A DNA stretch of 32,000 nucleotides. Source: Gemmata obscuriglobus (GTDB lineage: Bacteria; Planctomycetota; Planctomycetia; Gemmatales; Gemmataceae). Position 1 is the first letter of the stretch, and every line of letters begins with the position of its first letter. A model generated the notes under the pieces. The model searched no databases. It was given only the letters and a program-made list of their open reading frames with translations, and had not been told where the DNA came from. The stretch is from assembly GCF_008065095.1 (NCBI RefSeq), contig NZ_CP042911.1, positions 810,001 through 842,000 on the forward strand, in the 5' to 3' direction. The position numbers and the translations under genes are program-made. This document shows positions 26,925 to 32,000 of the stretch, one piece after another.

Positions 26925-28385
26925 ATGAATTCCGTGAAAAGTAGCGCGCTGGTGCTCGCCCTGGCGGCCCCCTTCGCGCTCTACGCGGCCTGGCAGATCC
27001 ACAGCGCAACGCGGCTCGACGCGTTGGGACCGGTTCCCCCTCCGGCGCCCGACCCGCCCCGGGACCAGCCGACGACCGCCGCGAGGGCCGCGACCGCCGC
27101 GGCCGAGACCCGCAAGGCGATCGGGGTGACGTGGCGGTACCGCGCGCCCGACGCGGCCGACCGGTCCACAGACCCGGACGCGGACGCGGTCGTGAAGGCC
27201 GCAGGGGCGCGGGCCGCGGACCTCACGGACCTCGACACGTTTCTGTCCGGAATCGAGAAGCCGGCGTTCGTCGGCAAGTTGAAGGACAAGTACACAACCT
27301 GGGCGGGCGACCAGACCGCCGCTCGGCGGGCGGAAGGCGCCGTGCGGGCGTGGCTCCTGAAGCCGCCGCCGGTCGAGTCCGCTGCGGACGCGGACCGGGC
27401 CGTAGCGGACGCCACGCAACTGATCGACGAGTACGCGCAGCGGTCACGGTTCGCGAACAAGGCGCGGGCAACGGTGTGGCGACTCGAGGCGCGGCTGAAG
27501 GTCGTGGACCGGCTCGCCGCGCTGGCGGACCGCGAGTACGCCAGCGCAACCAAGGCGAAGCTGCCGTTGGACCGCGACACCAATGTGGGTAAAACCGCAC
27601 TGGACGCGCTCCGCGGGCTCAACAGGCACTTCGCCGAACTCGGTGACGAGTTGCGCCGGTCGGACGCGGAGAAGGTCGCGCTGGCTCCGGAGCTGCGAAC
27701 GAGCATTGAGGGGCGGGGCGCCGGAGCCGACGAGTACACGGCCCGCGAGGAGCTGCTCGCGCTGTTCGCGCAGGAGGACCTGTTCGACAACCCGACCAAC
27801 GCCGAGCCGTGGCTGAAGAAGGTTCACGAGCGGTACGCGCGGACGAGGAGCGCCGCCGCCCGCAAGCTGATCCGCGACAAGGTCCAGGAGTTCGCCGACG
27901 CGTTCATCCCGCCGGTCGCCCGGCTCGATGACAAGGTGCTCGTGAAAGGGGCCGAGACGCCCCGCAAAGAGGTCGTCATTAAGTACGAGGCGGGCAACGG
28001 GGAGTACAAGCAGGCCCCGCTGTCGGACGAGGTCGCCGGCCTGACCGAGTTCAACTTCGCGAAGCGCCACCCGGGCGACAACACGCTTGTCGTGGCGCAG
28101 GGGGCCGAGGAGGTGCCCGGAGCGCTCAAACCCACGGCGGTGAGCCGGGCGGCCGTGGGGTACAACGCCGCGCGCGAGCAGGTGTCCCAACGGGCGGCCC
28201 CGCGTTGGACGGCAGAATCGGTCGCGGCTCTAAAAAAGGCGTGCGAACCGCAAATGGAGTTGGTAGACCAGTTGAGAACGCCCGAGCAAAAGGGGGCCGG
28301 CAAGGCCCCCCGGATCGCGACCCGGGTGCTCGGGCTGTCGGCGGGCGTGGCCGCGCATAAAGAGCTGTTCGAGTCGGCCCCGTAG
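26925..28385 (+). CDS. hypothetical membrane-anchored helical protein (486 aa), first gene of the vWA cluster
   Basis: ATG 26925 gives MNSVKSSALVLALAAPFALYAAW (TM/signal anchor), then a Pro-rich linker and a long Ala/Arg/Glu/Asp-rich helical region. No motif recognised. The track ORF begins at GTG 26820, but its first 35 codons are P/G/R-rich and precede the anchor. Confidence 0.65.
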   Translation: MNSVKSSALVLALAAPFALYAAWQIHSATRLDALGPVPPPAPDPPRDQPTTAARAATAAAETRKAIGVTWRYRAPDAADRSTDPDADAVVKAAGARAADLTDLDTFLSGIEKPAFVGKLKDKYTTWAGDQTAARRAEGAVRAWLLKPPPVESAADADRAVADATQLIDEYAQRSRFANKARATVWRLEARLKVVDRLAALADREYASATKAKLPLDRDTNVGKTALDALRGLNRHFAELGDELRRSDAEKVALAPELRTSIEGRGAGADEYTAREELLALFAQEDLFDNPTNAEPWLKKVHERYARTRSAAARKLIRDKVQEFADAFIPPVARLDDKVLVKGAETPRKEVVIKYEAGNGEYKQAPLSDEVAGLTEFNFAKRHPGDNTLVVAQGAEEVPGALKPTAVSRAAVGYNAAREQVSQRAAPRWTAESVAALKKACEPQMELVDQLRTPEQKGAGKAPRIATRVLGLSAGVAAHKELFESAP

Positions 28386-28419
28386 CGGCGGCGGACCCAT
28401 TTCCCCGACTGGGACGGAC

Positions 28420-30501
28420 ATGAGCCTGCTGGCGACCTGGAAGAAAGTGCTGCTGTTCGGCGCGTTCGGGGCGGTCGGCGCCCTGGCCGGCTGGCTCGTC
28501 GGCGAGCCGCTCCTGGCCGCGGGCGGCTACGCGGCGAAATCGGCCGGCGCCGGACCCGGGGCCACGCTCGTCACCAAACCCACCGCCCCGTCCGGCAACC
28601 CGCCGCTACCCGACGACTTCCGGCGCCGCGTCGAGCAGGCGAAGGGGAGCACCGGGGACGTTCAGATCACCCTCATCTGGGACGACGCGAACGACCTCGA
28701 TTTGCACTGCGTCGACCCGAGCGGGTACGAAATTTGGTACAAGCAGAAGGCGTCCCCGACCCGCGGCCGCCTGGATGTGGACCGCAACGCCGGGTGTCAG
28801 TCCATCGACCCTCAGCCGGTGGAGAACATCTTCTGGCCGGAGGGCGGCGCCCCGCAAGGGGATTACACCATCTACGTCAACTTCTTCCAGCGCTGCACGG
28901 GCGGCCCGGACCGGAGCGACTACCGGGTCAACATCCTGGCCAACGGCGAGCGGAAAGAGATCAAGAACAGCCTCACGAAGCTCCCGGGCGGCGGGCCGGG
29001 GCCAAAACAGGTGGTCCACCGGTTCAAAGTTGAGCCGCGCCTGGAGCTGTACACCCCGAACGACTTCGACCTTCAGCCGGGGCAAACGGTCAAGGTGCCC
29101 GTGACGGTCCGACGCGCCTACCACAACGGTCCGGTTGAGGTGCGACTGGAGAACCTACCGGACGGGGTCACCGCCGGCCGGCTCACGATCCCGGAAGGGA
29201 AGGACGACGGCGAACTCGAACTCGTTGCGAGCGACGCCTCGAAAGAGGGGGCGCGAGCGATCCAGTTCGTAGCCACGGGCGGCGCCCTGGTCAGCACCAA
29301 GAGCGTGAAGCTCACCGTCCCGAAGGCGTCCGGGGAGCTGTCGGCGTGGGGGATCGCGTCGACCGGCCTCTGGACCGCGCTCGTGGCGACGGGTCTGTGC
29401 CTCGCCCTGCTCGCCGGGCAGAACCGGCACCTCGGGAAGAAGCCGTTCGCGCCGGGGCGCGTGCCGCTCGCCCTGGTGGTCGCCGGCGCCGGCGCGGCCG
29501 GGCTCGTGTCCGGGGGCGTCGGGCAGGTGCTCTACACCCTCTTGCTCGGCCTCGGGGGCGCGAAGCTCGGGTTCGTCGTCGGGTGGGTGCTGCTCGGCGG
29601 CCTGCTCGGGCGCGGGGTGAGCCTTTTCATTCCCAACCTCGACGGCAATAAGGCGACCGGCGCGGGCCTCAGCGGCGGGCTGCTCGGCGCGGTCGCGTTC
29701 CTGGTCGCGTCCGGAGCGGGCGACTGGGCCGGGCGGTTGGGCGGGGCGGCGCTGCTCGGGTTCTGCATCGGGCTGATGGTCGCGGTCGTCGAGGCCGCGT
29801 TCCGCAGCGCGTGGCTGGAGGTGCGGTTCGGCGAGCGCGAGGCGATCACCGTCAACCTCGGCGCGGAGCCGGTGAAGGTCGGCGGCGACGCGCGGGCGTG
29901 TACCGTCTGGGCGCGGGGGGCGGCCGATGTCGCCTTCCGGTACTGGATTCGTGACGGGAAGGTGTTCTGCGAGGACGTGCCCGCGCGCCGCGAGGCCCCC
30001 GTGAGTGCGGGGGACACCCGCCTCGCGGGCGCCGTAACCGTCGTCGTGCGCACCAGCGCCGCGGCGGTGACCGCGCCCGTCGCCGCGCCGATCGCGCCGG
30101 CCCCGCCGCCGGTTCCGGTCCCCCCTCCGATTGCCGCGCCACCTACGCCCGCGCCTCCCGCGCCCCCTGCAGCCGGCGACTACGACGACGGCCTGCCGAT
30201 GCCGCTGGTGCCCCCGGCGCCGGCGCGCCGCCCGGTCGCTTCGATCCTCGACCTGGACGACCCGCGACCGGCACCGCCGAAGCCCGTGGCGCCGCCACCC
30301 CCGGCGGCGAAACCGCCGGGACCGGTCGCGGGTCCGAAACCGCCGGTGCCGGCCCCGCCGCGCCCGCCCGTTCCGACCGTCGCCAAGCCGCCGGCGATCG
30401 CCGCCAAGGACGGCGGCGCGGACGCGTGCCCGACCTGCCGGCGCAAGATCCCCGGCGCCCCGGGCGCGCGGTACTGCATGGTGTGCGACAAGACCTTTTG
30501 A
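28420..30501 (+). CDS. polytopic membrane protein: TM - DUF2135-like beta-sandwich - second beta module - 5 Gly-rich TM - beta-rich cytoplasmic segment - Pro-rich linker - C-terminal zinc ribbon
   Basis: 693 aa. TM1 VLLFGAFGAVGALAGWLVG. DUF2135-like stretch: VQITLIWDDANDLDLHCVDPSGYEIWYK...RLDVDRNAG...PVENIFWPEGGAPQGDYTIYVNFF. Gly/Ala-rich helices span aa ~310-470. PAPP/PPKP low complexity spans aa ~555-660. The C-terminus is CPTC-x12-CMVC. It starts 34 nt after the previous gene. Confidence 0.8.
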   Translation: MSLLATWKKVLLFGAFGAVGALAGWLVGEPLLAAGGYAAKSAGAGPGATLVTKPTAPSGNPPLPDDFRRRVEQAKGSTGDVQITLIWDDANDLDLHCVDPSGYEIWYKQKASPTRGRLDVDRNAGCQSIDPQPVENIFWPEGGAPQGDYTIYVNFFQRCTGGPDRSDYRVNILANGERKEIKNSLTKLPGGGPGPKQVVHRFKVEPRLELYTPNDFDLQPGQTVKVPVTVRRAYHNGPVEVRLENLPDGVTAGRLTIPEGKDDGELELVASDASKEGARAIQFVATGGALVSTKSVKLTVPKASGELSAWGIASTGLWTALVATGLCLALLAGQNRHLGKKPFAPGRVPLALVVAGAGAAGLVSGGVGQVLYTLLLGLGGAKLGFVVGWVLLGGLLGRGVSLFIPNLDGNKATGAGLSGGLLGAVAFLVASGAGDWAGRLGGAALLGFCIGLMVAVVEAAFRSAWLEVRFGEREAITVNLGAEPVKVGGDARACTVWARGAADVAFRYWIRDGKVFCEDVPARREAPVSAGDTRLAGAVTVVVRTSAAAVTAPVAAPIAPAPPPVPVPPPIAAPPTPAPPAPPAAGDYDDGLPMPLVPPAPARRPVASILDLDDPRPAPPKPVAPPPPAAKPPGPVAGPKPPVPAPPRPPVPTVAKPPAIAAKDGGADACPTCRRKIPGAPGARYCMVCDKTF

Positions 30502-30553
30502 AACGCTGCCCCGAAGCCGACCCGACCTCTGCCACAGATAAGGAGCCCCGCCA

Positions 30554-31450
30554 GTGCCCTACGACATGCAGATCGACCGCTCCAACCCCGGGTGCATCGT
30601 GTTCCTGGTGGACCTGTCCAACTCGATGCTCGACGGCATCGCGGGGACGCAGCGGGCCAAGATGGACACGGTCTCGACCGCGATCAACCGGTTCTTCCAG
30701 GAGCTGATCACGAGCTGCGAGAAGGGCGAGGAGAAGCCCCGCAACTACTTCGACGTGGGGCTCATCGGGTACACCACCGACGCCAACGGGGTCGCGATCG
30801 TCCGCCCGCTGTTCCAGCTCGGGCTGGCCGGCCGGGACCTCGTGAGCATCAGCGAGCTGTACGACCACCCGCTGGAGATCGAGCAGCGCCGCAAGAAGGA
30901 GTTCGTGGACGACGGCGCCGGCGGGCTGACCGAGGTGGAGCGGCAGATCGCGTTCCCGGTGTGGTTCCGCTCGCCGGCCCCGACGGAGATGTTCGGCACC
31001 CCGATGTGCACGGCGCTGGGGTACGGCAAGCAGGTGCTCCAGGCGTGGATCGACGCGCACCCGAACAGCTTCCCGCCGATGGTCATCAACCTGACCGACG
31101 GCGAGTCGACCGACGGGATCCCGGTCCCGTTCGCCGAGGACCTCAAGGCGCTGGCCACCGCCGACGGGAGCGTGCTGCTGTTCAACTGCCACCTGTCGGG
31201 CCGCGACGCGCAGCCGGTGTTCCTCCCCTCCACCGAGTCGGCCCTGCCGGACGAGTACGCCCGCGACCTGTTCGGCATGTCCAGCCCGCTGCCGGACAAG
31301 CTGCGGCACATGGCGGAGGTGAAGGGGATCTCGGCCCCGCTCGGGTGCAAGGCGATGGCGTTCAACGCCGACGCGGTGAGCCTGCTGAAGCTGCTTAACG
31401 TGGGCACGCAGGTGGTCGCGGCGGCCACCCTGCCCCCGCACCTGCGGTGA
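30554..31450 (+). CDS. TerY/YegL-like von Willebrand factor A (vWA) domain protein with intact MIDAS
   Basis: 298 aa with a GTG start preceded by AGGAG (30541-30545). CIVFLVDLSNSM (DxSxS), DVGLIGYTTD, GTPMCTALG and VINLTDGESTDG. No signal peptide. Confidence 0.85.
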   Translation: MPYDMQIDRSNPGCIVFLVDLSNSMLDGIAGTQRAKMDTVSTAINRFFQELITSCEKGEEKPRNYFDVGLIGYTTDANGVAIVRPLFQLGLAGRDLVSISELYDHPLEIEQRRKKEFVDDGAGGLTEVERQIAFPVWFRSPAPTEMFGTPMCTALGYGKQVLQAWIDAHPNSFPPMVINLTDGESTDGIPVPFAEDLKALATADGSVLLFNCHLSGRDAQPVFLPSTESALPDEYARDLFGMSSPLPDKLRHMAEVKGISAPLGCKAMAFNADAVSLLKLLNVGTQVVAAATLPPHLR

Positions 31451-31457
31451 GCGCACG

Positions 31458-31547
31458 TTTCAAGTTCCAGGTTCCGAGTTCCACGCCCGACGGTCGGGAG
31501 CCTGGTTTCGTGCCCCTAACTTGGAACCCGCCACTTGGAACATGAAA
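31458..31547 (+). promoter_or_regulatory. structured intercistronic element with GTTCC(A)/TGGAAC repeats overlapping the next start codon
   Basis: GTTCCA at 31464-69, GTTCC at 31471-75 and GTTCCA at 31478-83 face TGGAAC at 31522-27 and 31536-41. tttcaagttcc (31458-68) can pair with ggaacatgaaa (31537-47) at 10 of 11 positions. There is a central cccgac-g-gtcggg palindrome. Confidence 0.4.
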
Positions 31548-32000
31548 CTACAGCGGAGCCGCCGCCCGGGTGCCTCGTGCTGCTCCTGCGGCTCTCGGGC
31601 GGGATGACCCGCGACGTGGTCACCCCCCGGGGCGAGGCGCCGGCGGTCGAGGCGGCGCGGCTCCTCGCGGACGACCTCATCGAAGGGCTGGTGAACACGG
31701 CCGCGGCCGGGTACGCGGTCGGCGCGCTCGACGTCGCCGTGCTCGGCTACCGCGCGCCCGACCAGGAGGGCCAGCAGCTCCTCTCGCTGCTCCCCGACGG
31801 CGACCCCAAGCCGCGGTTCGTGCCGCTCGCGCACGTCGCCGGGGCGCCGGCGGTCCCGCGCGACGGGGACGGGCTCCCGCGGAAGTGGGCCGTGCTCCCC
31901 GCCTGCGCCGGCGAGCCGTCCGCCGGCGCGGCCCTCGCGGGCGTTTACCAGATGGTGTCCGTGTGGCTCACCGGGCGCTACGCGAGCCGCCCGCCGGTCG
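31535..32000 (+). CDS. second vWA-like paralog with degenerate MIDAS; 3' end beyond the window
   Basis: The frame is open from the stop at 31517-19 to the window edge, so it is not in the track (no stop). The translation ..PPPGCLVLLLRLSGGMTRD..DVAVLGY..AGEPSAGAALAGVYQMVSVWL parallels the previous gene (SNPGCIVFLVDLSNSM..DVGLIGY..GTPMCTALGYGKQVLQAWI). TTG 31535 is the only canonical start upstream of the homologous region. Confidence 0.7.
   Translation, partial: MEHETTAEPPPGCLVLLLRLSGGMTRDVVTPRGEAPAVEAARLLADDLIEGLVNTAAAGYAVGALDVAVLGYRAPDQEGQQLLSLLPDGDPKPRFVPLAHVAGAPAVPRDGDGLPRKWAVLPACAGEPSAGAALAGVYQMVSVWLTGRYASRPPV

Noticed and set aside
31542-31607. 21-codon ORF (MKLQRSRRPGASCCSCGSRAG) starting at the ATG inside the intercistronic element
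   Set aside because: It is out of frame with the vWA paralog, overlaps its conserved N-terminus, and has an Arg/Ser/Cys-rich composition with no support. It is most likely fortuitous.

Overview
GC-rich bacterial chromosomal window with sharply AT-rich islands in a few intergenic gaps. The gene content suggests a Planctomycetota (Gemmata-like) genome: a membrane-anchored ECF sigma with DUF1549-type motifs, a sulfatase remnant, a ~2000-aa TPR protein, Pro-rich linkers and mostly SD-less starts. That assignment is inference only. Left to right: (1) an MCP gene (-) whose C-terminus is cut by the window edge. (2) An intact 1576-bp single-ORF IS66-family element with 8-bp target duplications, inside a ~1.6-kb ORF-free tract. 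(3) An atypical NarL/LuxR-type response regulator whose phospho-acceptor Asp is Glu. (4) A frameshifted sulfatase remnant. (5) purN and an LpxL/HtrB-family acyltransferase. (6) REP/BIME-like palindromes. (7) A 1992-aa TPR protein with a small upstream partner (-). (8) Two small secreted hypotheticals and an SDR. (9) A 1191-aa polytopic 4xPAS hybrid histidine kinase. (10) Two long perfect palindromic elements. (11) A PPP-type metallophosphoesterase with a non-canonical motif II. (12) A 780-aa ECF sigma fused through a TM helix to an extracytoplasmic repeat region (-). (13) Divergent from the sigma gene and running off the right edge is the most interesting part, a co-directional cluster. It encodes a TM-anchored helical protein, a 693-aa DUF2135-like/6-TM/Pro-rich/Zn-ribbon protein, and two paralogous TerY/YegL-like vWA proteins, one with an intact and one with a degenerate MIDAS. 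Many very long ORFs in the track are antisense shadows typical of high-GC DNA and were rejected.
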